Of a stretch of 64,000 nt of DNA, positions 1 to 12,700 are shown in pieces (position 1 is the first letter of the stretch; every line of letters starts with the position of its first letter). A program made the position numbers and the translations under genes. The notes beneath the pieces are model-generated. The model was given only the letters and a program-made list of their open reading frames with translations, did no database searches and was not told the DNA's origin. This DNA comes from Eledone cirrhosa. Lineage: Eukaryota. Location of the stretch: positions 25,234,001 to 25,298,000 of the forward strand of contig OZ024748.1 in assembly GCA_964016885.1 (NCBI GenBank), given 5' to 3'.

Positions 1-128
1 AGGATGATACAATGAAAGATATATTCCTTCAATGCTACAATATTAAAGAAAATGTAAAAGAAGGGGTGAAGAACGGAGCCAACACCAGAGCAAAAGACAG
101 CAACGTCGCGAGTACTGGGCAACCTCTC

Positions 129-962
129 TAATGATTTTTGAGGCAAGCCAGCACACTCGCAGCGGTGCCTCGGGTGATGCGCTGAAACCACTAAGCACCC
201 TCACGAGATTCGCCAGCCACCTCTATTAGGCGAGCCGCCAGTGAGAAAAGGAACCTCGCAGTCAACGGCCCGACTCCCCCAAACGTCTCGAAAGCTACAG
301 GCTGAAAAATGTAGCTGGCCGACAGATCAGAGTATTTGAGGGTCTTACTCCGCTCGGCTGCAGAAGCTGTGGCTCTCGTCCTAACCGCAGCATCTGGGAA
401 AGAGCAAAGGAGTCACTAACAGTGACGTCCTAGACAAGGCACCTGCCTCTCGACCAGGGGCACAGGGTAAGACCGTCAGGTCTTTTGCCGTCACTTCTGG
501 ACAACCGAGATGGTTCCAAGACTGAGGGGATATTCGCCCAGGCCAAAGCTCTCTTCAGAATGAGGTTTAGCTCCGTGTGACGCGCGAAGCGGCCGGCATT
601 CAGGCGGCAAGAAAGACCGTGGAGGCCTGTAGAGTCGAGGAGTTTGCCGCATCGGCACCTCAAACCCATGCAGACGTCGGCTCCCACTCTGAGGGCGATG
701 GAGACACGAGGTTCGTCCAGGCTGAGTAGGCCACCAACGTTGGTCACGGGTAGGGCATCGACCCAGTCGCCTGAGTATTTGGCGCTGGCAGATAGTAAGC
801 GGCACCTTGCAAACTGATCTGACTTGGACGAAGAGGGAGTCGAAGGTGGCCTTCGAACTTATGCTGTCCCAAGCTCTCTGACTTTGACTGTCCTCCACCT
901 TCCCAGGAAGAGACAAGCCCAACTCACTCCATTGCTGGAGAGCTTCACCCAACTCCCTGTTG
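129..962 (-). mobile_element. Degenerate C-terminal fragment of a restriction-like-endonuclease (RLE) non-LTR retrotransposon, CRE-clade-like
   Basis: Minus-strand translation gives a CCHC knuckle (CRCGKLLDSTGLHGLSC), RHTELN and the RLE motif DGKRPDGLTLCPWSRGRCLV*DVT, ending GTAASVLACLKNH* at 129. It has an in-frame stop and frameshifts. Confidence 0.75.
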
Positions 963-1235
963 GAACTTGTTCATCATTAAACATGTATCTTTGGTTTAGT
1001 GGAGAAAAGTAGTTGTTTTTGCCGCTTTGTTTGGGTTTTTGATTTTCACTATTTAACGTGTAGGTTTTGTTGTTTTTCTCTTCACATATCTTCAGATTAT
1101 CACTCAATCTTTTATGGTACCAATTTCTTAGAATTCCTCATGAAGTATATATTGTCTGTGGACGTATTGACACTTGAAATGCCGATAAAATGCAGTAAAA
1201 AAACAACCAAACCATAAAGCAACTCTGATTTATAT

Positions 1236-1272
1236 AATTGTTTCTACTTTAGCCACAAGGCCAGCAATTAAT
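1236..1272 (-). mobile_element. 3' tail fragment of tRNA-derived SINE
   Basis: aattgtttctactttagccacaaggccagcaatta nearly matches the SINE end at 56728-56763. Confidence 0.55.
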
Positions 1273-1787
1273 ACAGGAAAATAATATACTTTCCCTACTT
1301 TCTGTCTGCTAATTGGAATTGGGTGAAATAGGGGTGTTGAGTTCGAAAACAGTTGTAGTGCACCTGAGCACTTTACACAATAATTTCATTATTATATGAA
1401 ACCTGGGTGGAAATGGAGAAAACAGGTGTTGAAGTACAATTAACAATTGACCATATGTTCAAAACTGTTGTCTGCTAAGTTAAAAAATGGTGAGTCAAAT
1501 GAAAACCTAGACAAAAAAATATTGAACGTGACGATTTTTGAACAAACAAAATAATCTAATAATCTTTTTTTCTTAACATAAAGATAAATTTTATTACAGT
1601 TGTATAAATTTACAGCAGAATAACGTTGCAAATATGTTTTAAATATATACATAAATAACATAACAAATATAAAATCATGAACAAAAATGATAAAGGAAAG
1701 AAAGAAGATAAAAGAGGGGGGGCGGGGTCCACCACCAAGAGCGACAATTGGCAACACCTCACACCTTGTGGGTTAATTGTACACTTT

Positions 1788-2195
1788 CAGGCAAGCCAAC
1801 ATGCTCGCGGCATTACCACGGGTGATGGTGAGGCTAATGCGCTGAAATAACCAGGCAACCTCACTGGCACCTAAGTAAGGCGAGCTGCCAGTGAAGACAA
1901 GAACTTCGCAGCCCAACTCCACCAAACGTCTCGAACGCCACAGGCTGGAAAAAATAATTGTTTGATAATGTCCTGGTATTTCCGAATTTTATTCCGTTCG
2001 GCAGCGGAAGCAGTGACCTCCACATTCACCGCGGCGTCCATAATGGTAGGGAGGTAGCATTAGGGCCGAGGACACCAGAAGTCTCCACTGCCAAGGGTAC
2101 AACCGCAAACCTGTCGGAGAGCGACCGGTATTTGAAGAGTTTGGCCTCCTTAGCCGAGAAAGTGTCGGTGCGTGTGGCATCCCAGACGAGATGAT
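1788..2195 (-). mobile_element. Two further fragments of the same CRE-like RLE element family
   Basis: 2195-2040 reads LVWDATRTDTFS..KYRSLSDRFAVVPLAVETSGVLGP. 1950-1788 reads FQPVAFETFG...WLFQRISLTITRGNAASMLA and is paralogous to 140-310. Confidence 0.7.
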
Positions 2196-2402
2196 CTTCT
2201 GTTGTCTGGAAATGAATGACAGAAGAAAGAGTTATATTTTTCTTCAACGACAGCTGTTAGTTCAATAGACCTTAAACGACTAGTGTTGGAATTACACAGT
2301 TACCTCCCTTGATTCAGTTTTATCTCAGTTATAGCTTCAGGTCGAACAATGCTTTGCGAGAGAAATTTGATTGATGGAAGCTGTGAGAAATATATGTATA
2401 TA

Positions 2403-2857
2403 TCATCATAGTCATCGTTTAACGTCCATTTTCCGCGCTAGAATGAGTTAGACGAGCTGTCCTGTTCCTGTTGTATGATAAGCCAGGTCGGAGGACCGTG
2501 TTTTGCTCATACAGAACTGATTTTGGTTTGGTTTCTACGGTTGGATGACCTTCCAAACGCCAACCACATTTATAGTGTGTACTGGGCACCTACACGACCA
2601 CTTCACAGTGTAGAGTAGGTGCTTTTTATAGTGACACCTACAAAACCACTTTACAGTTTGTGTTGGGCACTTTTTGTTGTATTGACTGGGCACTCATTGC
2701 AGTGGCACCAAGATGACCACTTTATAGTGAGTTGGGGACTTGAGTAGGGTGATTACAACGTGGTAGGAAAGGTGGTGCATACTTGATGTATGCCTTAGCC
2801 TCTGTATAAGGGAAGGCGGGTCTTCTGTATTACTACATAGTGTCAGAGATCATGGTA
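2403..2857 (-). mobile_element. Diverged RTE LINE 3' end (ORF tail + 3' UTR)
   Basis: Begins tcatcatagtcatcgtttaacgtcc (reverse complement of the RTE terminus ggacgttaaacgatgatg). Contains ggatgaccttccaaacgccaaccac and aggcgggtcttctg, as in the other copies. Confidence 0.75.
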
Positions 2858-2960
2858 CTGTGTTTAAGAGTTGGTTAGAAGCGAAGTCAATGCAGACAGG
2901 TAGACATACAGACATATTATAAGGGCGCGACGTTATAACTATGTATCTATCTAAAAAGAC

Positions 2961-3850
2961 AGCTTTTGTCAACTTGGAGAAAGCCTTCGACAGAGTCCCC
3001 CGTTCCATTATCTGGTGGGCTCTTAGAAAACTAGGTGTTGACGAATGGCTTGTGAGAGCTATACAAGCCATGTATAAAGAAACAGTCAGCAAGGTTAGAA
3101 TTAACAACGAATATAGTGAAGAGTTTAGCGTAAAAGTTGGTGTTCATCAGGGCTCCGTTCTTAGCCCCCTACTATTTATTATTGCCCTTCAGGCTATAAC
3201 AGTGGAGTTCAAGACCGGCTGCCCATGGGAACTCCTATACGCAGATGATCTAACGCTCATAGCTGAATCAATGGCCGAACTAGAGAAGAAATTCCAAACA
3301 TGGAAGCACGGCCTAGAATCAAAAGGCCTTAAAATTAACCTGGCTAAGACTAAAGTTCTAGTTTGTAGGAAGGAAAATAGGGCGCCAGTCCCATCCGGGA
3401 AATGGCCATGCTCAGTGTGTAGGAAAGGAGTAGGTAGAAACTCCATTTTATGTCCCAAATGCAAAGTATGGGTGCATAAAAGATGTAGTGGGATCACAGG
3501 TAAGCTAACTAAGAACATAGATTTTACATGTGGCCGGTGCTCTGGTGCAATAAGTAGCAGCAAGTGCCCACAAAAATACTAGCTCTTTCAATTGCACAGA
3601 GGGTTCTATAGAAATAGTGGACAGCTTCCGTTACCTGGGTGACAAAATGAGCAGTGGGGGAGGGTGCTCTGAAAGTACAGTAGCTAGAGTCAGAACTGGA
3701 TGGAAAAAGTTCAGAGAGCTTATACCACTATTAGCCACTAAAGGGTTCTCCCTAAAAATGAAAGGCAGGCTGTATGATGCCTGCATATGAACAGCAATGT
3801 TGCATGGCAGTGAGACCTGGGCATTGTGTGCAGAGGATATATGCAGACTA
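2961..3850 (+). mobile_element. Internal RTE LINE fragment (RT region), pseudogenised
   Basis: Near-identical to 26017-26905 (YADD, PHD-like Cys cluster). It has a +1 A frameshift at ~3575 and CGA>TGA at ~3788, and lacks both the 5' part and the 3' tail. Confidence 0.9.
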
Positions 3851-4165
3851 CCTAGGGTGTTGTTATTGCCCATATAGCTTGAGGGAGGTCTGGCCGAGAG
3901 GTGTTTTCATGCCCTATAGCTTGAGGGGAGTTCACATCTTCCTGTGTTGCTACTCTCCATATATCTTAAATCTTGATCTCTCTTTATTAATTTCTTATTT
4001 GTTTTCTGCCCTCTTCACTGTATCACCTTATATTTATTTTTAAGTTGAGATTGATTATAACACAAACACATTTAGTTTGAATATCTCATCTTAACATCTT
4101 GTATCATACCAATCTATCCAACATATTCTGACCTTGAGATTGGTTATAGCACACACACACTTTAT

Positions 4166-4377
4166 TATTTCAAGGGCAACCAAGACAACATTGGTGCGCT
4201 TTCATCAGATAAAAAAAATACAAAGTTTGTTTTATAAATAAAGACGTACCCATGAAAATCATACCTTATCGGTCGGAAATTCACTGGATTTTCATGGATA
4301 CGTCTTTATTTATAAAACAAACTTTGTATTTTATCTGATGAAAGTGCACCAAGGTTGGCTTGGTTGCCCTTGAAATA
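4166..4377. repeat. Long imperfect inverted repeat (~90-95 bp arms, 26-bp spacer), probably Penelope-like element derived
   Basis: 4166-4260 is the reverse complement of 4287-4377, with a few substitutions and a different poly-A length. Both arms contain a hammerhead core. Confidence 0.85.
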
Positions 4378-4391
4378 TATATAATAAAATA
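4327..4391 (+). ncRNA. Candidate type I hammerhead ribozyme with minimal palindromic stem III
   Basis: Stem I TATTTTAT (4327-34) pairs with ATAAAATA (4384-91). Core CTGATGA at 4335-41. Stem II AAGtGCA-CCAAG / CTTGGtTGCcCTT at 4342-71. GAAA at 4372-75. Stem III ATATATAT, with UH = T4382 A4383. Confidence 0.65.
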
Positions 4392-4631
4392 AATATGGTT
4401 TTATAAATATAGTTTCCAATTATTTAATATCATGGAATATTTACTCCAGTAAACTGTTGAGTGCTCTAAATCAGTTATAAACATTTATGTTTGTCAGAAT
4501 TCCAACAAATTAAATACAACTTCTACTTATATATATATATATATAGTAATAATAATAAATTTGAAGACTAAAATCCAAAGAGGGCTCAATAAGGATAAAT
4601 ATATATCAGATATATAAGAACCGTAGAGCGA

Positions 4632-4712
4632 ATATTTATTAAAATAACAGATTAAAGTTTAAGCAAAGAATTGCTGCTTTCTTCTTTGCTTAAACTTTAA
4701 TCTGTTATTTTA

Positions 4713-4720
<8 letters not shown>
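4632..4720. repeat. Perfect 39-bp-arm palindrome with 11-nt loop
   Basis: atatttattaaaataacagattaaagtttaagcaaagaa (4632-4670) is the exact reverse complement of 4682-4720. Confidence 0.95.
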
Positions 4721-4767
<47 letters not shown>

Positions 4768-5358
4768 GCTTATCTATATATATAGTCTGCTCATCTATAT
4801 ATAGTCTGCTCATCTATATCTTTATATATATATATATAGTCTGCTCATCTCTATATATATAGTCTGGTCATCTATATCTTTATATATATATATAGTCTGC
4901 TCATCTATATATATATATAGTCTGCTCATCTATATATATATAGTCTGCTCATCTATATCTTTATATATATATATATATAGTCTGCTTATCTATATATATA
5001 TAGTCTGCTCATCTATATATATATAGTTTGCTCATCTATATATATATAGTCTGCTCATCTATATCTTTATATATATATAGTCTGCTTATCTATATATATA
5101 GTCTGCTTATCTATATATATATATAGTCTGGTCATCTATATCTATAGTCTGGTCATCTATATCTTTATATATATATATAGTCTGCTTATTTATATATAGT
5201 CTGCTTATCTATATATATAGTCTGCTTATCTATATATATAGTCTGGTCATCTATATATATAGTCTGGTCATCTATATCTTTATATATATATATAGTCTGC
5301 TTATTTATATATATAGTCTGCTCATCTATATATATAGTCTGCTCATCTATATCTTTAT

Positions 5359-5406
<48 letters not shown>

Positions 5407-6635
5407 GTTTAACATCCATATTCCACACTCGCATGAGTTTGGACGGGAGTTTTCTCACTTGAGGCAACAGTGGTTGTCTTACTCGTATAGGACTGTCTGG
5501 CTGGTTTTCTACGGCTGGATGCCCTTCCTAACACCAACCACGTTTACAGTGTGGACTGGGAGGTTTTACCGTGTTACCTACACGGCCACATTACAGCGTG
5601 GACTGTGTGTTTTTTTGTCGTGACACCTACACGACCTCATTTGTTTCGGGCTGGATGTTGTGGTACCAACATAACTTTACATTGAGAGGGGTGGTGTGGA
5701 TGGGGTGGGGGTGGTGGGAGACGGGGGTGTATTTTTGTTAGAGGTGCCTACTGACTGTAGGTTTCGCTTTGTACTTAGGCAAGGCGGGTCTTCTGTATGA
5801 CTGTGTAGCGCCAAAGATCTCGGTCCAGTGACATTGTCTTGGAGAGGTGTAAGTGTGTGAGATCGGAATTTATCAAGTCGTCCCAGGTTTTTCTGGGTCT
5901 GCCTACTCCGCTGCTTATCTACATATATAATCTGCTTATCTATATATACAGTCTGGTCATCTATATCTTTATATATATATATAGTCTGGTCATCTATATA
6001 CAGTCTGGTCATCTATATCTTTATATATATATATAATCTGCTTATCTATATATATAGTCTACTCATCTAAATATATAGTCTGGTCATCTATATCTTTATA
6101 TATATATAGTCTGTTTATCTATATATATAGTCTCGTCATCTATATATACAGTCTGGTCATCTATATCTTTATATATATATATAGTCTGCTTATATATATA
6201 TATAGTCTGCTTATCTATATATATAGTCTGCTCATCTATATATAGTCTGGTCATCTATATCTTTATATATATATATAATCTGCTCATCTATATATAGTCT
6301 GCTCATCTATATCTTTATATATATATATATAATCTGCTTATCTAAATATATAGTCTGGTCATCTATATCTTTATATATATATATATAGTCTGCTTATCTC
6401 TATATATATATAGTCTGGTCATCTATATCTTTATATATATAGTCTGCTCATCTATATATATAGTCTGGTCATCTATATATATAGTCTGGTCATTTATATC
6501 TTTATATATATATAGTCTGCTCATCTATATAAATATAATCTGCTCATCTATATCTTTATATATATATATATAGTCTGCTTATCTATATATATAGTTTGGT
6601 CATCTATATATACAGTCTGGTCATCTATATCTTTA
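4717..6635. repeat. (TA)n microsatellite grading into a variable-length minisatellite AGTCTG(C/G)T(C/T)ATCT(AT)n[CTTT(AT)n]
   Basis: Pure TA at 4717-4763, then units of ~19-37 bp related to the 31-bp satellite. Interrupted by the RTE at 5361-5910. Confidence 0.9.
5361..5910 (-). mobile_element. 5'-truncated RTE LINE (last ~45 codons + 3' UTR + (GAT)n tail)
   Basis: (CAT)15 is followed by the reverse complement of the sequence at ~40080-40610 / 27115-27597. Confidence 0.92.
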
Positions 6636-6740
6636 TACCTATATCAATGAACAGAGACCATCTCTATAAAAATATAGTGTGAGACCTCTCTTCATCTGTA
6701 TCTTATAGTTTGGAATATGGGTTGTATATACCCTGTATCT

Positions 6741-9700
6741 AGTCTCTTCATCCATATCTTTATATTTATATAGTCTCTTCATCCATATCTTTATATTTAT
6801 ATAGTCTCTTCATCCATATCTTTATATTTATATAGTCTCTTCATCCATATCTTTATATTTATATAGTCTCTTCATCCATATCTTTATATTTATATAGTCT
6901 CTTCATCTATATCTTTATATCTATATAGTCTCTTCACCTATATCTTTATATTTATATAGTCTCTTCATCCATATCTTTATATTTATATAGTCTCTTCATC
7001 CATATATTTATATTTATATAGTCTCTTCATCCATATCTTTATATCTATAAAGTCTCTTCATCCATATCTTTATATTTATATAGTCTCTTCATCTATATCT
7101 TTATATCTATATAGTCTCTTCACCTATATCTTTATATTTATATAGTCTCTTCATCCATATCTTTATATTTATATAGTCTCTTCATCCATATCTTTATATC
7201 TATATAGTCTCTTCATCCATATCTTTATATTTATATAGTCTCTTCACCTATATCTTTATATTTATATAGTCTCTTCATCTATATCTTTATATCTATATAG
7301 TCTCTTCACCTATATCTTTATATTTATATAGTCTCTTCATCCATATCTTTATATCTATATAGTCTCTTCACCTATATCTTTATATTTATAGAGTCTCTTC
7401 ATCCATATCTTTATATTTATATAGTCTCTTCATCCATATCTTTATATCTATAAAGTCTCTTCATCTATATCTTTATATCTATATAGTCTCTTCATCTATA
7501 TCTTTATATCTATATAGTCTCTTCATCTATATCTTTATATCTATATAGTCTCTTCATCCATATCTTTATATTTATATAGTCTCTTCATCCATATCTTTAT
7601 ATTTATATAGTCTCTTCATCCATATCTTTATATCTATAAAGTCTCTTCATCTATATCTTTATATCTATATAGTCTCTTCACCTGTATCTTTATATCTATA
7701 TAGTCTCTTCATCTATATCTTTATATCTATATAGTCTCTTCATCTATATCTTTATATCTATATAGTCTCTTCATCCATATCTTTATATTTATATAGTCTC
7801 TTCACCTATATCTTTATATTTATATAGTCTCTTCACCTATATCTTTATATTTATATAGTCTCTTCACCTATATCTTTATATCTATATAGTCTCTTCATCC
7901 ATATCTTTATATTTATATAGTCTCTTCACCTATATCTTTATATTTATATAGTCTCTTCACCTATATCTTTATATCTATATAGTCTCTTCATCCATATCTT
8001 TATATTTATATAGTCTCTTCATCCATATCTTTATATTTATATAGTCTCTTCATCCATATCTTTATATCTATATAGTCTCTTCATCTATATCTTTATATCC
8101 ATATAGTCTCTTCATCTATATCTTTATATTTATATAGTCTCTTCATCTATATCTTTATATTTATATAGTCTCTTCACCTATATCTTTATATCTATATAGT
8201 CTCTTCATCTATATCTTTATATTTATATAGTCTCTTCATCTATATCTTTATATTTATATAGTCTCTTCACCTATATCTTTATATTTATATAGTCTCTTCA
8301 TCTATATCTTTATATTTATATAGTCTCTTCATCTATATCTTTATATCTATATAGTCTCTTCACCTATATCTTTATATCTATATAGTCTCTTCATCTATAT
8401 CTTTATATTTATATAGTCTCTTCATCTATATCTTTATATCTATATAGTCTCTTCACCTATATCTTTATATCTATATAGTCTCTTCATCCATATCTTTATA
8501 TTTATATAGTCTCTTCACCTATATCTTTATATCTATATAGTCTCTTCGTCTATATCTTTATATCTATATAGTCTCTTCATCTATATCTTTATGTTTATAT
8601 AGTCTCTTCATCTATATCTTTATATTTATATAGTCTCTTCATCTATATCTTTATATTTATATAGACTCTTCATCCATATCTTTATATCTATATAGTCTCT
8701 TCATCCATATCTTTATATTTATATAGTCTCTTCATCTATATCTTTATATTTATATAGTCTCTTCATCTATATCTTTATATCTATATAGTCTCTTCATCTA
8801 TATCTTTATATTTATATAGTCTCTTCATCCATATCTTTATATTTATATAGACTCTTCATCCATATCTTTATATCTATATAGTCTCTTCATCTATATCTTT
8901 ATATTTATATAGACTCTTCATCCATATCTTTATATCTATATAGTCTCTTCATCCATATATTTATATCTATATAGTTTCTTCATCTATATCTTTATATTTA
9001 TATAGTCTCTTCATCTATATCATCATATCTATATAGTCTCTTCATCTATATCTTTATATCCATATAGTCACTTCATCCATATCTTTATATCTATATAGTC
9101 TCTTCATCCATATCTTTATATTTATATAGTCTCTTCATCTATATCTTTATATTTATATAGTCTCTTCATCTATATCTTTATATTTATATAGTCTCTTCAT
9201 CCATATCTTTATATTTATATAGTCTCCTCATCCATATCTTTATATCTATATAGTCTCTTCATCCATATCTTTATATTTATATAGTCTCTTCATCTATATC
9301 TTTATATCTATATAGTCTCTTCATCCATATCTTTATATTTATATAGTCTCTTCATCTATATCTTTATATCTATATAGTCTCTTCATCCATATCTTTATAT
9401 CTATATAGTCTCTTCATCTATATCTTTATATTTATATAGTCTCTTCATCCATATCTTTATATTTATATAGTCTCCTCATCTATATCTTTATATTTATATA
9501 GTCTCTTCATCTATATCTTTATATCTATATAGTCTCTTCATCCATATCTTTATATTTATATAGTTTCTTCATCTATATCTTTATATCTATATAGTCTCTT
9601 CATCTATATCTTTATATTTATATAGTCTCTTCATCCATATCTTTATATCTATATATTCTCTTCATCTATATCTTTATATCCATATAGTCTCTTCATCTAT

Positions 9701-12700
9701 ATCTTTATATTTATATAGTCTCTTCATCTATATCTTTATATTTATATAGTCTCTTCATCTATATCTTTATATTTATATAGTCTCTTCATCTATATCTTTA
9801 TATCTATATAGTCTCTTCACCTATATCTTTATATCTATATAGTCTCTTCATCTATATCTTTATATCTATATAGTCTCTTCATCTATATCTTTATATCTAT
9901 ATAGTCTCTTCATCCATATCTTTATATCTATATAGTCTCTTGATCCATATCTTTATATTTATATAGTCTCCTCATCTATATCTTTATATTTATATAGTCT
10001 CTTCATCTATATCTTTATATTTATATAGACTCTTCATCCATATCTTTATATCTATATAGTCTCTTCATCCATATCTTTATATTTATATAGTCTCTTCATC
10101 TATATCTTTATATTTATATAGTCTCTTCATCTATATCTTTATATCTATATAGTCTCTTCATCCATATCTTTATATTTATATAGTCTCCTCATCCATATCT
10201 TTATATCTATATAGTCTCTTCATCCATATCTTTATATTTATATAGTCTCTTCATCTATATCTTTATATTTATATAGTCTCTTCATCTATATCTTTATATC
10301 TATATATTCTCTTCATCTATATCTTTATATCCATATAGTCTCTTCATCTATATCTTTATATTTATATAGTCTCTTCATCTATATCTTTATATTTATATAG
10401 TCTCTTCATCTATATCTTTATATCTATATAGTCTCTTCACCTATATCTTTATATCTGTATAGCCTCTTCATCTATATCTTTATATCTATATAGTCTCTTC
10501 ATCTATATCTTTATATCTATATAGTCTCTTCATCCATATCTTTATATCTATATAGTCTCTTCATCCATATCTTTATATTTATATAGTCTCCTCATCTATA
10601 TCTTTATATTTATATAGACTCTTCATCCATATCTTTATATTTATATAGTCTCTTCATCTATATCTTTATATCTATATAGTCTCTTCATCCATATCTTTAT
10701 ATCTATATAGTCTCTTCATCCATATCTTTATATTTATATAGTCTCTTCACCTATATCTTTATATTTATATAGTCTCTTCATCCATATCTTTATATTTATA
10801 TAGTCTCTTCATCCATATATTTATATTTATATAGTCTCTTCATCCATATCTTTATATCTATAAAGTCTCTTCATCCATATCTTTATATTTATATAGTCTC
10901 TTCATCTATATCTTTATATCTATATAGTCTCTTCACCTATATCTTTATATTTATATAGTCTCTTCATCCATATCTTTATATCTATATAGTCTCTTCATCT
11001 ATATCTTTATATTTATAGAGTCTCTTCATCTATATCTTTATATTTATATAGTCTCTTCATCTATATCATCATATCTATATAGTCTCTTCATCCATATATT
11101 TATATTTATATAGTCTCTTCATCCATATCTTTATATCTATAAAGTCTCTTCATCCATATCTTTATATTTATATAGTCTCTTCATCTATATCTTTATATCT
11201 ATATAGTCTCTTCACCTATATCTTTATATTTATATAGTCTCTTCATCCATATCTTTATATCTATATAGTCTCTTCACCTATATCTTTATATTTATAGAGT
11301 CTCTTCATCCATATCTTTATATCTATATAGTCTCTTCATCCATATCTTTATATTTATATAGTCTCCTCATCCATATCTTTATATTTATATAGTCTCCTCA
11401 TCCATATCTTTATATCTATATAGTCTCTTCATCCATATCTTTATATTTATATAGTCTCTTCATCTATATCTTTATATCTATATAGTCTCTTCATCCATAT
11501 CTTTATATTTATATAGTCTCTTCACCTGTATCTTTATATCTATATAGTCTCTTCATCTATATCTTTATATTTATATAGTCTCTTCATCTATATCTTTATA
11601 TTTATATAGTCTCTTCATCCATATCTTTATATTTATATAGTCTCTTCATCTATATCTTTATATTTATATAGTCTCTTCATCTATATCTTTATATTTATAT
11701 AGTCTCTTCATCTATATCTTTATATTTATATAGTCTCTTCATCCATATCTTTATATTTATATAGTCTCTTCATCCATATCTTTATATCTATATAGTCTCT
11801 TCACCTATATCTTTATATTTATAGAGTCTCTTCATCCATATCTTTATATCTATATAGTCTCTTCATCCATATCTTTATATTTATATAGTCTCTTCATCCA
11901 TATCTTTATATCTATATAGTCTCTTCACCTATATCTTTATATTTATAGAGTCTCTTCATCCATATCTTTATATCTATATAGTCTCTTCATCCATATCTTT
12001 ATATTTATATAGTCTCCTCATCCATATCTTTATATCTATATAGTCTCTTCATCCATATCTTTATATTTATATAGTCTCTTCATCTATATCTTTATATCTA
12101 TATAGTCTCTTCATCCATATCTTTATATTTATATAGTCTCTTCATCTATATCTTTATATTTATATAGTCTCTTCATCCATATCTTTATATCTATATAGTC
12201 TCTTCATCCATATCTTTATATTTATATAGTCTCTTCATCTATATATTTATATTTATATAGTCTCTTTATCTTTATATTTATATAGTCTCATCATCCATAT
12301 CTTTATATTTATATAGTCTCCTCATCCATATCTTTATATCTATATGGTCTCTTCATCCATATCTTTATATTTATATAGTCTCTTCATCTATATCTTTATA
12401 TCTATATAGTCTCTTCATCTATATCTTTATATTTATATAGTCTATTCATCTATATCTTTATATCTATATAGTCTCTTCATCTATATCTTTATATTTATAT
12501 AGTCTCTTTATCTTTATATTTATATAGTCTCTTCATCCATATCTTTATATTTATATAGTCTCCTCATCTATATCTTTATATCTATATAGTTTCTTCACCT
12601 ATATCTTTATATTTATATAGTCTCTTCATCCATATCTTTATATTTATATAGTCTCTTCACCTATATCTTTATATCTATATAGTCTCTTCATCCATATCTT

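Noticed and set aside
1140-1217. MKYILSVDVLT... as the missing first exon of the carrier gene
   Set aside because: Only superficially similar to MASVLSYESLV. It lacks the HAxAG motif and has no phase-0 GT donor at the expected position. Exon 1 is probably upstream of the window.
5340-5930. TSD for the RTE at 5361-5910
   Set aside because: The flanks are similar only because both are minisatellite units; there is no exact duplication.
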